Below, one piece after another: positions 12,601-25,084 of a DNA stretch of 64,000 bases. The position numbers and the translations under genes are program-made. The stretch covers positions 14,818,001 to 14,882,000 of the forward strand of contig CM022670.1 in the NCBI GenBank assembly GCA_012295275.1, in the 5' to 3' direction. The stretch's first letter is position 1; each line of letters begins with the position of its first letter. The stretch comes from Chrysomallon squamiferum. Taxonomy: Eukaryota > Animalia > Mollusca. The notes under the pieces were generated by a model, which searched no databases, had not been told where the DNA came from, and saw only the letters and a program-made list of their open reading frames with translations.

Positions 12601-15275
12601 GGCCTGGGGCAGTGAGCTGGTGCAGGAGAAAAAAAAAAAGGGGGGTCGGTTTACTGGTCTGTATTTAATACTTCTTATAACATTTTGTTAATGTTCAGTT
12701 GAATCGGAATCTAAATATTAGTTTCTCTATAGTGGATTGATACTGGTATATATATTAATATTTTTTATATTTGATGTTTATCACAAAATTATCACAAAGT
12801 AATAATATTTAGCTAATAAATGAATAAATAATATAATAAAAAATAATAAAAATTTGTTATAAATATAAATAAAACTACATAAATAAATAAATAAATAAAT
12901 GAAAATAATAATAATAAAATAAAATAAATAATACGTATGTTTTAGGCAAGTTAATGTTACGAATATTAGTAGAAGGTAAGAAATGCAGATATTAAGAATT
13001 AACATCCATGTTTGTTGTTGACTGTTTTTCATGGCTTTTTGGTAAAAACTAACATTTTACTTCTTCTAATAAGATTGGAATTAGTTCAAACATGTTTTAT
13101 CTGAAAACACAGAAAGACAGACAGACAGACAGACACACACACACTACAGAGAATAACTAATAAGCATGTTTTACTAATTGCTACAGCTGAGTATGTCTTA
13201 ACATGTGTTTTAATTTTTACATTATTCTAAAAATTACCTGTAAACTTCATAAATATTAAATGTTAAACATATGTCACAATCAAATTTAACTACTGTGATT
13301 TGTAAAACTTTTATGAATTTCAAATTAAATAAATGAAAAAAAAAAAATTTGATCTTGAATTCAAAGATTTTAACTGACACATATACGTCAAAAATAATAA
13401 TACATAAAATTACTTCTAAGAATAAATTCAAAAAATAATTATATAAATTCAACAAAAAGCCTTCAAATAATTTTAATAATAAATAGTAATAACTAGCGTC
13501 TCAAATAGGAAAACAACAATCACATTCTGTTTACTTCATCCATGATATCAATTAGAAGATTTACATGTTTGAAATATTGTTGGATTGTCTATTGCTAGGC
13601 TTTCTAACTAATAAAGATTAACATAATAATTAATATTTTTAAATTATTGCACGATTGCTTACATGTGAATTCAGAACTAAACATTTGTTTTTAGCTAATT
13701 ATTTTCTGCTACAAATACTGTAGATATGATATGCAGTGTTATAATAGTGAGAATTTTAACATTTGCTTAAAAATAACAACAAATGTAATAGGATACAATT
13801 TTATTATTAGAAATTACAAACAATGTGATTAAAAATAATTTGTTGTTGAATTTGAAGTTTTATACTATTAAACTGAGCATCCTCTATGGTATTGGATAAT
13901 AATATCTATATAAATTGTATATGTTTGAAAGAAGGTCATTTCAAAACTGAAAAAAGTTTTGACAGTAAACTGAAACATGTTGAATTGCACTGAAATGTAA
14001 CATTCATAAATTGCTTTTGATTTCAGGGAGTACCAAACAATGGGAAGTTTAAGACAGTGGAGGATATAGTGAAGATGTGCAGAACAATTGTGTACACATG
14101 CAGTGTGTCCCATGCCGCATCTAATTTCGCACATTACGAAGAGTACGCATTCCCACCTAACTACCCCACTTACTTGAGAGGACTGCCACCCAAAGACAAG
14201 GTGACACAGACATTAAATGATTTCTGTGGAATATACCTATCAGAATACAGATCATTTCCACACACACACACACATACATTAGTTTCTTTATCTTTTAAAA
14301 ATATTATTAATCTTTTTGAATATTATTTTTGTTTAATATGTAGGAATGTTTTGTTTTCTAAAAGTCAAAACAGACATATTCTAAAATCTAACTCATGAAA
14401 TAATTTTTTTTTTTTCATATGCTTACTAAATTTTGTCTGTGTAAATAATGATCATATTTTATTAATGCTTGTTCTATATGAAGTCTTTATAATTATCTAG
14501 CTAAAACAAAACAGAAACAAACACATCTGAATATCTTTTTTATGTGTGTTGAAAATTATTTTTCTTTGACAAATTACTAGTTTTTATTTGGAATTATTTC
14601 ACTGAGTATTGTTTAATGTTTGACTTGGCAGACTGCACTGACAGAACTAGATATCCTAGGCTACCTGCCTGACAAACCAACCACTCTGGATGTGATGGTT
14701 GTCACCAAGACCCTGAGTGTTCGGGGAACAAAAAGTATCGGAGACTTTGAGGTGCAGTACATCTTTGATCCAAAAGCAAGGGACATTGTGGATGAGTAAG
14801 TTGTTAAAGTTTACTGTGTGTGTAAAACTGTTGTGAGGCCATCAAAAATATTTTAAAACAACTTAAAACCTTAAATTATTCTAACAAACAGATTGCATTC
14901 TTTGGTTATTTTTATTATTGATTTCAGGATGCATAACTGACAAAACGTTCAGAATCACCCATGTCTTCCCAGAAATTGTTTTAAACATGGTTCTTGCTTG
15001 TGTTTGAACCTTGAATAATTGATTATTGACATTAGTGATTTATAAAAAGAAAAAGAATTGGGATTATAAATATGAGAAATAAATCAGTAAAATGTAAGTA
15101 ACAATACTGCATGATTATCAGAGTACTCTTATACAGAATTGTTTCTGTACTGAATTTCAGATTTAGAAAAGATCTTCGCGAAGTTAGCAAGATTATCAAA
15201 GAAAGAAACAAGAGCAGGGATCCTCAGTTCCCATACCCTGACCCAGATGTTATTCCCAACTCCATCGGCATTTAA
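2900..15275 (+). CDS. Lipoxygenase paralog A (animal-type PUFA lipoxygenase, catalytic domain), coding exons 2-15; the PLAT exon 1 lies upstream of the window; one apparent +1 frameshift in exon 12
   Basis: GT-AG exons: 2900-2944, 3575-3703, 4399-4496, 4960-5092, 5716-5811, 7190-7286, 8453-8570, 8856-8948, 10547-10607, 11927-12032, 12564-12656, 14027-14200, 14632-14795, 15161-15275. Phases are compatible except at exon 12. Hallmark motifs: [36 protein letters not shown] (two Fe-ligand His), HPVFKLL, YHFRDDA, HAASNF (His/Asn ligands) and C-terminal PNSIGI* (terminal Ile ligand). Confidence 0.93.
4104..4325. repeat. 60-bp tandem repeat, about 3.5 copies, in LOX-A intron 3
   Basis: A unit containing cacattgttacattgtattaacatgtaggactactggttttagtttgatatgttatt recurs at 60-bp spacing and gives the repetitive ORF 4147-4368. 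Confidence 0.9.
7799..7870. repeat. (TA)n microsatellite
   Basis: Perfect TA run; absent from the homologous LOX-B intron. Confidence 0.9.
9537..9622. repeat. (TA)n microsatellite
   Basis: Near-perfect TA run in LOX-A intron 9. Confidence 0.9.
10660..11600. repeat. Degenerate AT-rich minisatellite (about 35-38 bp unit) in LOX-A intron 10
   Basis: Recurring ttttaaaatagtactaataaaaatacatttata-like unit. Confidence 0.75.
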
Positions 15276-15324
15276 CAGTATCCTGAAAATACATGCGCTG
15301 CATAGTAGTGAGAACAGTGAAATG

Positions 15325-15997
15325 AATAATATACTGAAAATACACAGACATGTATAATATACTGAAAATATAATGACATGTATAATATACTAAAAACACA
15401 CTAACGTATAATATACTGAAAACACACAGACATGTATAAGATAATAAAAACACAATGACATGCATAATATACTGAAAATACACACACACGTATAATATAC
15501 TGAAAATACACAGACGTATAATATACTGAAAATACAGACATGTATAATATACTAAAAACACACTAACATGTATAAATATACTGAAAACACACAGACATGT
15601 ATAAGATAATAAAAACACACTTGTATGCATAATATACTGAAAATACACAGACATGTACACTATACTGAAAAACACACAGATGTATAATATACTGAAAACA
15701 CACAGACATGTATAATATACTGAAAAAATACACAGACACGTATAATATACAGAAAATACACAGACATGTATAATATACTGAAAATATAATGACATGTATA
15801 ATATACAGAAAAATACACAGACACGTATAATATACAGAAAAATACACAGACATGTATAATATACTGAAAAATATAATGACATGTATAATATACAGAAATA
15901 TACAGACACGTATAATATACAGAAAATACACATGGTTCTAGAAAATATATAATGACGTATAATATACAGAAAATACACAGACACATATATACAGAAA
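15325..15997. repeat. About 28-31 bp minisatellite starting about 50 bp after the LOX-A stop codon and running into the assembly gap
   Basis: Unit ataatatactgaaaatacacagacatgt is repeated more than 20 times and explains the ORFs at 15250-15986. Confidence 0.92.
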
Positions 15998-16197
15998 NNN
16001 NNNNNNNNNNNNNNNNNNNNNNNNNNNNNNNNNNNNNNNNNNNNNNNNNNNNNNNNNNNNNNNNNNNNNNNNNNNNNNNNNNNNNNNNNNNNNNNNNNNN
16101 NNNNNNNNNNNNNNNNNNNNNNNNNNNNNNNNNNNNNNNNNNNNNNNNNNNNNNNNNNNNNNNNNNNNNNNNNNNNNNNNNNNNNNNNNNNNNNNNN
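15998..16197. other. Assembly gap (200 N)
   Basis: Exactly 200 N. A round number suggests a fixed-size scaffolding spacer of unknown true length. Confidence 0.97.
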
Positions 16198-16764
16198 TTG
16201 TAAAATTATTTATTTATTCTTTTTACTTTTTTATGAATTATTAATCAAATCAAATATAAAAACAGTCGGATGTAACATCATTTGTCTCAGACATGAAACA
16301 GTGTTAGACTATTAATATTAAAATGGACTAAGATATTATTGCTCAAAATTGTACAGGGGAGACAACTGTTGCCTTTGTAACAAACATTTTAACTCGTAAC
16401 TTTTTTAACTCCACAGAAACTGTTAATCAAAAATAATATGATATCATAAATAAATAAATAAATTTAAAAAAACAACAGCAAATCAAAGTTTCTTCATATT
16501 TCTCACAGATTAGTAAGCACTACACATTTATGAATCTTATACCTCTCACTTAGACTACTTTAGAAATTAAAAATCAAACAAAATGTATGAGTGTGTAGCT
16601 ACATATATCAAAATATCTATTTTTCTTTCTCTATAAATATTTATGTATATGTGTGTCTGTATATGTATGTGTGTGTATATATTTATTTATCATCACTGGT
16701 TTTTGTTATTTTTTTCATGAATAGGTATCAGTTATAATGCAAGGAAAATAAATAAAATATTTAC

Positions 16765-17105
16765 CTTTTCTTTACAAGATAGAACATTCCTTCTCTTCCA
16801 ATGTTCATCGCTCTGTCCACCCAGCCATTTGGTGAAACAAGAGTCTGCAGAGCTTGACTGAAAAACAACAAAACTCAGGAATATTCAGCTATTTTTAATT
16901 TAACTGAAAACTTTGAAATAAAATGAATTGAAGGTTTGATTCTCTGATATATTTTGTCGTACAGAATGGCTATTTATGTGTGATATATCTTATGATGCTG
17001 GATGTATTTTCTTGAAAAGTAAATTATAAAACTTTATCACCAAGAAATTCTGGACACTCACAGAGACACACAGAAACACACACTGATATATATATATATA
17101 CTCAG

Positions 17106-17142
<37 letters not shown>

Positions 17143-20100
17143 GAAACACACACATATACACACACAAGGATATGAATGTTACCTGTTAATGGAAATCAGG
17201 TAGAGAAAATGTGGAGCTAGTAATTTGAAAACAGGATGAGATTGGGACAAGTTTCGGTGGGTTGCCACCGTTACACCCTCCATCAACAAGTGTGTAGAAC
17301 CTGCATTTGAAAAGTTCAAAATTAATAAATGTTTGTAACTTGGTGTGCTCTCATAAAGAAAATATGTAGTCATATGTAAATGCAGGACATACAAACATAC
17401 AAAAAAAAAAGATCCAGAGAAAGTATCAAATGAAAATGATAGTTATAGATTTAATGAGAAAATAAAAATAAATATAAAGAAAATGAGTGAAATGTTAACT
17501 TATGACAAAAAGATGCTGATTCTTTCCAAAACAGAGTACTGTCTTTACATATCAGTGTATTTTTTCTAACTTGCATAATTTCAAATTGGCAGCTTGTAAT
17601 TAAATTTATCTAAATTATAAAACAAACTTTCCTACTTTCTGCCGCAAGTAAAGATTTATTAAAAAACGTACAACAGACATAAACAACTCAAGATAAAATT
17701 CTGTCTACAGAGTAGAGTCCAAAGTATACCTCTAAGTATAAAATAGCCCATGCCCAACTATATCTGAAAACACATCTCTAGATATTAAAATAGAGATTAA
17801 TTTAAAAAATAAAAAATAAAAAATCATGGTGGTATAATCTGGAGTGGGATAGGCACAGTTTTGTTGGGGTTTACTATGGCCAGCAACACCAATATTGAGG
17901 TGAATTTTTTTAATACTAAGATGTATTGACAAACTAAACAGTGCCAGAAAACAGAAAATGGTTAAAGTTACAAATTAAAATACTGAGTCTGATACAAATT
18001 CTAACTCACTGGAGAACACGTTACCTAATTACAAATGGTCTGTGTTTTGTTCTGACATGTCAGCTGCATTGTATACAAGTGATGTACACAGCTGTTGTTT
18101 ACAAGTGATGTACACAGCTGTTGTTTACTGATGTAGGTGAATATTCTGACTAAGAAAAGTGACAAACCTAAATGAGTGAGTGACTGGTGGACAGAAGCGT
18201 CTGCAAGATTAAACCACATTTTAGCTATAGCCCAGGTGTTCGGTGGATCAGTTGGCAAGAAAACCTGAAAGGAATCGAGAAGTTTATTATTACATATGAA
18301 CAAAATGTCGTTTTTGTTTGTGAACTTAAAACAGATATGGATACAATATGATGTAAGTTTATATTAAAATGCACCACACTGTTATTTTCAGTATTGAACT
18401 AAATAAAATTCATTTCTGAATTTAAAACAATTGTTTTTAAATATTATATGTCACAATTTGCATAAAATTGCAGAAAACTGTTATTTTCAATATTAATTAC
18501 TCCACATTTTTCTATCAGTGCTAGATAACAAACAAAATTACCTTGATGCAGTAACAACATCCTGATATTTAGTTTGTGGCAAAATTAGCAGGGAAAGAAA
18601 TGCTAATATAAGCAATGACTGTTTCAAAGTACATTTTAAGAGTTTCACAATATACTGTTTTAGAAATACTAAGATAATAAATACTTATTTCAAAATAAAT
18701 ATATGTTTCGAAACTCTAGCACTATCAAAACGTATTTTAAAAAAATATGTCTAAGGAAATGCTATAATAATAAAATAAATGCATGTTTTGCCAGTACATG
18801 TTTAACATAATGCTCGTTTCAAAATATATTTATATATATACATATACAGACACACTCACAGATACATAAATACACACGTATACAATACATTCACATACAT
18901 AAAAATATACACCAATACATACATACATACATACATAGTTTACATACGTACATAGTTTACACATACATACAAATATACAAACCCACACATAGACACACAC
19001 AACTCATAGTTTGTTGTGACCAAGTAAACTTCTAGACTGTTGGTCACTATTTAAAAATATTTCTGTTTTAATTGTAAAATGATTCAATCAGATATAAACA
19101 TATAAAAAAATATATGGTGATTAAAACTGAGAAGAGATACATACAGGGTTGTCTGGGGAAGGTTTCTGGAACAGCTGGATTGCTATGGGAACCAGTCTCT
19201 TGTTTCCATTCAGAAAAAACAGACCAATAGGATCGGGACACTGGATGAGAAAAACAAAACAGCAACTTAACATAATTTGTATTTAAACACAGTAATATCT
19301 ACATACACATATACAGACACACACACATGCACATGTGTTTAAATAACTGCTTAACATATTAAGTGATTTAAAGATTTGTTTGTATGTATTATTACTTTGT
19401 AAAAACAAAGATCTTTAAATAACTTAGTATATTGTATTATGTTAAACAATATTATGTGATTATTAGATTCTATGAATTCAAAGTAATAGGCAACGTTATA
19501 AATTGTTTAAGGATTATTATTATCATTATTGATTAATTAAATAATTCATTTATTTGTTTATTTATTTATTCATTTATTTATTTATTTATTTAGTTATTAT
19601 AAATGTTCTAGGAATATAAAGTTATAGAAGTGACAGATATTTAAATATAATATATCTATTAATTTTGTAGAGTTATCTTGAACTGTTTGTTATCAGTGCA
19701 AACTTTTTGACAGCTTAAAATGAAAGAAAATAATTTTATAATGAAGAACTGCTTTTCAAGAATAAAACTTGTCATTTCTCTTTTATCAAAATAAAGTCCT
19801 TTAGAAATGATCAACCCTTAATATGTTTACTGTATATTCTATGAAGTCTGAAGAGATCTATCTCTATGAAGTTTACTAAGAAATGACTCCAGGCTTACAA
19901 TGAAGTCTTCTTTGCAGGGTATTCCAGTAAGGATTTCGTAGTCACACAGAAACAAACGTTTGTCTTGAATGGCTTGCTCCAGACTCAGACCTTCTAGCAG
20001 AGGTTTGAGCATTTCTTCTGTAACTGCCAGTCTGCAACATGATTATACTCGTTATACTTAATTACTACTGACAAAACATTTAGCACATCATTTTATAGTG

Positions 20101-23100
20101 TGCAAAAAATAACAGACACATACTAAAACAGCCTATATATACGTGCACACACACACGCACACACACATATACACACATGTATGTATGTGTTTTTTGTATG
20201 TCTGTGAATGTATTTATATTATGTATTAATATTTGTATGTATTGATATGTATGTGTGAGTATATCTGTCTGTATATATGTATTTTTTATATGCGTGTGTA
20301 TATATGTCTGTGTGTACATGCATGTATGTATGTATGTATGTATGTATGAATGTGTGCATGTATGTATGTATGTAAGTGTTATATAAATATTCAAAACAAA
20401 ATTATTTCTTTGGAACATACTTTTCAGTTATCTAAATTAAATTCAATATAACAGTCATTTATTTAGTAATATTTAGGCTGGTGAAATGTGAAGTTAAATG
20501 TATGTATTACTTGTCTGGAATGGCTGTACACAGTTGAATGATGCAGTTGTTGAGACAGGCCACTCGCTGGTTTCCAAAAAACAGATCACTACTCCATCTG
20601 TCTGCACCCTACAACAACGTCAACACTTTTAAAATGGTTCACTTTATTTCAGCATTCTTCATAATTACATTAATGAAAAAAAAAAGAACAAAATTACTGA
20701 CTATTTTAAGTATCTTGGGTGTGAATAACAGATCAAATTAGGACAAATAGTCATATATGTTTGCAGAAAAATAAAGTGAATTGTTTTAAAATGGTTTACC
20801 ATTTATTTGAATTTTGTTCATAATTATGTTATTGAATTAACAGATATCTTTATTACTGTTAAATATGTTGTTTGTGAATAACAGATCAAACTAAAACCAG
20901 TAGTCCTACATATTAGAACGATATAACAGTGTGAAATATTTGAAAATGTTTCACTTAATTTCAGTATTGTTCATAATTACACATTACTGAAAGAACTGAA
21001 CTCATGTTTGGAAATATTTTTGCATGAACTAAAACAAACAGTCCAACATGTTTTATACAGGATAGTAAAATTCATAAAAACCTGTTCTATAGATTAGCAA
21101 AAATGAAATTAAAAAAACGTAATCTATTAAAATAAAAATAAGATAATAATGAAATTAAATAAATGAAATCTACTGAAACTAAAATAAGGTAATAATGAAA
21201 TTAAGCAAATCAAATTAAACAAATCAAAATGAGATGATAATGAAATTAAATAAAAATTTAATTATTAAAAGAAGATAATAACTTTTCTAATTACTGATTA
21301 TGTAATGATTGCCATACCTGGGGAATGTTGAAGATGTTGTTGGTGTACACATTTGTCAGATCTGACAAACTTTCCCACTTTCCAGTTGTCCATTGGATAA
21401 TTGTGCTCTGAGCTTTGAGCTGGATGGTTAAATACCCAATATCCCACTGAAACAGAACAACTGCAATAGTGAGTGACTAACTTTCCTTTAAACAAACTGT
21501 GAGAGTATACTGCACAAGGAAAATATTTACATGTAACGGATTAAAGTGATCTAGATATGGCGTGTAGATCATACAATTTTACAACTAACTGCAAGTGTTT
21601 TTCTCTGCATAGATATGTAGATCTGTATAGGTTGTGTGTAGATATGTCTTTCTGTGTATGTCATATGTGTGAATATGTATGTATGTGTTTAATAACATGT
21701 GTGTATATGTGTGGGTGTGTTTCTCTGTGTGTGCGTGAGATAAAGTACATGTGAGAAAATGTGTGAATGGGATGTCTATATGCATGAGTATGTTTTATGC
21801 AAATATATGAAAGTATGATAGAGTATGAATTTGTGTTAGTGTGTGTATATATGTCAGAAGTAAGAGTATATGCTGTGTATTACATGTGTTTGTGTATATC
21901 TGTTTGTAGGAATGAAAGATAGAAATATTATGTTACAAATATATCATCTACTGTTCACAATGAGTCAGTCTTTCTTTTATTCTGTTTCCTCTGTATTAAC
22001 ACTGAGTGCAGCTACATGTTGTTGTTAATAATAAAGTAGCTGATGTTAACATAAACAACATGTACCCTGTAATCAAAGGAGAACTTCTCATCAGGTGGCA
22101 CCTGCTTAACCTGAAAACACGAAAAAAAAAAAAATAATAGTAACAAAAATAAATTATGAAAATATGAAATACAACCCTTTTTTGAAAACTGAAGAAATAA
22201 TAAAAATAAAAATAAAATAGTTAATATGAGTGTTCTTAAGTTTTGTCAAATTGTTCTATATAACAGTAAAAAAATTAAAAATAAAATAAATAAATAAAAA
22301 TACAAACATAAATTTTGATTGATGATAAAAAAAATTTAATTAAGAAAAAATTGCAATACTCTAAAACAAACCTAATTAATCATCTTTTCCAATTTTTATT
22401 AGAAATGACAACTTGTCACTGTTTTCTACTATCAGAGATATTGGTGAGGGGGAAACTGTCATTTGGGGAAATTGTTATCTTCATTACTTTCAAATCTAAA
22501 CTAACTGATAGTTGATTTTAAAAAACAAATTTCAGTTGTTATTTGGTCACATTCTTGATGTAATGTTTTGGAGAAGTGAAAAAAAAATGTTTTTAAAACA
22601 TCAACAATATAAGAACTGAAAACGTTTTAGTGTACATTTTCTGAAAACAAATTAGAAATGTTGACTTAATTCAATGAAGCAAGTAGATTAAATGACTTAA
22701 AACATAATCAAAATATTTGAAGAGTAAATTTTATTTACTTAGAAAAGAACAATATACAAACAAAAATGAACACAAATACAAACAAAAACAAGAATAACAA
22801 CCTGTAGGTAATAGATAACCATGTAGAACAAATTAAAATATTATTGTTATTATCTTTATTATTATTATTACTACTACTACTATTATTATCATATCAATTA
22901 AAGAATAAAGATGTTTTATTATTGATGTAGTTGTTGTATCAACTGCAGAAACAGTTTTATTAACGATGTCGTTGTTGCTGTGTCAGTGAACACTTTATTA
23001 ATAAAAAGAGAACAACAAAACCAATCATTAACAATAAAGAAAAAAACAATGATTATTATAAAGAATTTATGCTTCAGCCTATATTCATCATATATAAAAA

Positions 23101-23853
23101 AAAGAATTCAAAGTCGATTTTTACACCTAAATAAATTAACTTTTATACTGTGAAATATAATGTGAACATAACAATAGAAAATGAGAAGAAAAATAATGTA
23201 TTTTGTATGCATCTACTACTACTTTAAAAAAAAAAAAATAATAACAATAAATAATTAAATAAGAAAAGAAAAATAACACAGACTTTAAGGCAGCCTTTCA
23301 TAGATTAATCAGAAACAGAGCACTAAGTGGAATGGGAAATACGGCAAGCAGCAAATTAAAAACAAAATGATTACGTGAAATAAAGGCCTGATGAAACTGT
23401 AAGAACATGTTATATTAATGTTCTGTGGAAATCAGATACGTGATAGCAAATGTCTTGTTAGAATTCAGCTATCAACCACTGGCACACACACACACACACA
23501 CACACAGACATGGTAAAACAGTAATCTGTATAATTTTAAGTGGAAGACTTCAAACCATAAACCACCAACTAGAGAAATTATCACAATATTTTATTTTAAA
23601 AATTAAAAACAAAATCTGTACATTTTGGAAAGTTTTCCTTTCATCTATTTTCTGTGAAAGGGTGAACATGTAAAACTCATAATGAATATGACATATCTAA
23701 GAATTCTACATAGAATGTGGTACACCACCTACCCACTGACAATTACAGTGAGATACTGTTGTTATATTCATGATAATGTGGGACACATGGGTGGGTATGC
23801 CTGTGTGGATGGTTGCGTGTGATCTTCAAACTTTATTCTTACAAAATTATTAA

Positions 23854-23889
<36 letters not shown>

Positions 23890-24435
23890 TCAGTAATGGG
23901 GGTATTAAAACAATATTAATGTATACAAATATCACAACATTACCTGAGTGGGCATGCCAGGAATTTTTTGTTCATACTCGTAGAGTAATTTCTTTTCCGT
24001 CAGTTCCATGTTCCTCTGTTTTAAATTGTCATCTTCCTGGGGAAGCGACGTGTCCAGATTTTTTATCACGTAATGGTAATGTGGTTTAATCCATCGGAAC
24101 ATCGGGAACACAGCTATGTCATTCGTCATTCTGTTTTCCACCATAACTTTTTCAACATACCAGTCGCTACGAAACCCACCATCGTCCCTCCAGATTTCAA
24201 TTTTCTCAACTCTTCCCAGAGAAGAGAGTTTGCTTTTTGGCACCGTGAAGGTGTCTAAGCTACCTTGCTCGAAATCGTCGTGCAGAACGTTGTTCAGCGT
24301 GATGGTGTCGGAACTGTTTTTCTGGTCGTCGTGGAGTATTATGTAGACGTTGGCGTTGGTGCCCGCATTTTTCCTATCGCCTGTTCTGATGTATATGACA
24401 TATTCCGAGTTTAGATGACGTGGAGAGAAGTCCAT
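16765..24435 (-). CDS. Lipoxygenase paralog B, coding exons 1-9 (PLAT/LH2 domain plus N-terminal part of the catalytic domain); 3' exons not assembled
   Basis: Minus-strand exons 24435-23944 (MDFSPRHLNSEYVIYIRTGDRKNAGTNANV...DDFEQG...WYVEKV...FPMFRWI, a PLAT domain), 22110-22066, 21446-21318, 20608-20511, 20031-19899, 19240-19145, 18264-18168, 17300-17183, 16857-16765. Exons 2-9 match LOX-A in length and phase, the frame is open, and [12 protein letters not shown] is present. Confidence 0.93.
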
Positions 24436-24506
24436 CTTGACGACAGCACAGATCAGCCAGTACTGCTGCAAGAAACACTAATTCATCGATGTAAATATTA
24501 GGTAAC

Positions 24507-24530
24507 CACGTGACAATTGGCAGTCACGTG
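24507..24530. promoter_or_regulatory. Inverted pair of E-boxes (CACGTGAC-N8-GTCACGTG) flanking an ATTGG/CCAAT core, 70-95 bp upstream of the LOX-B ATG
   Basis: Sequence cacgtgacaattggcagtcacgtg is CpG-containing in an otherwise CpG-poor region. Function is not demonstrated. Confidence 0.4.
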
Positions 24531-25084
24531 CCGACAAAACGACATGCACATAATAATAAAGATCTGACCTAACTGATATCATTTACGTATACCAATATTA
24601 CTCCGTTCATTTTTTGGTTATTACGAGAAAATATTGTTCAAGTACTGGAGAGTGTCAACAAGACCTATACAAACCCACCTATACACGAATACCCATATCA
24701 GTCATATGAATGGCGATTAGAAACAGTGAGAAAATTAAGGAAATAAGTCGAGAGGTGAACATTAAAAAAAGGATGACTGTATATATTCTCTTTCCATTCG
24801 AAAACGATAGAAAATAATAGATATTTGTTTTTGACACACATGAATATTTCCGTTTCTCATACGGGAAATACAAAATTAAATTTAGTTCCATCTCTTCTCT
24901 TTATTGATTTGTAAAAATAATAATAATTATTGTTGTTGTTGTAGACAGCAAACACACCAATGTGATAAAAGAAACAATCCCCCACCTTTCGAGAAACTGG
25001 CCGGAGTGTGCGTGCACCAGTTTCTGACGTGAAACCTAGAATGTGATTTAGAACGGTGAAAACTTTTATCGTTTAGTATTTTTA

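Noticed and set aside
15325-15997. CRISPR-like array, or the 244-aa ORF 15250-15984
   Set aside because: Head-to-tail degenerate repeats without unique spacers in eukaryotic DNA; the ORFs are translations of the minisatellite.
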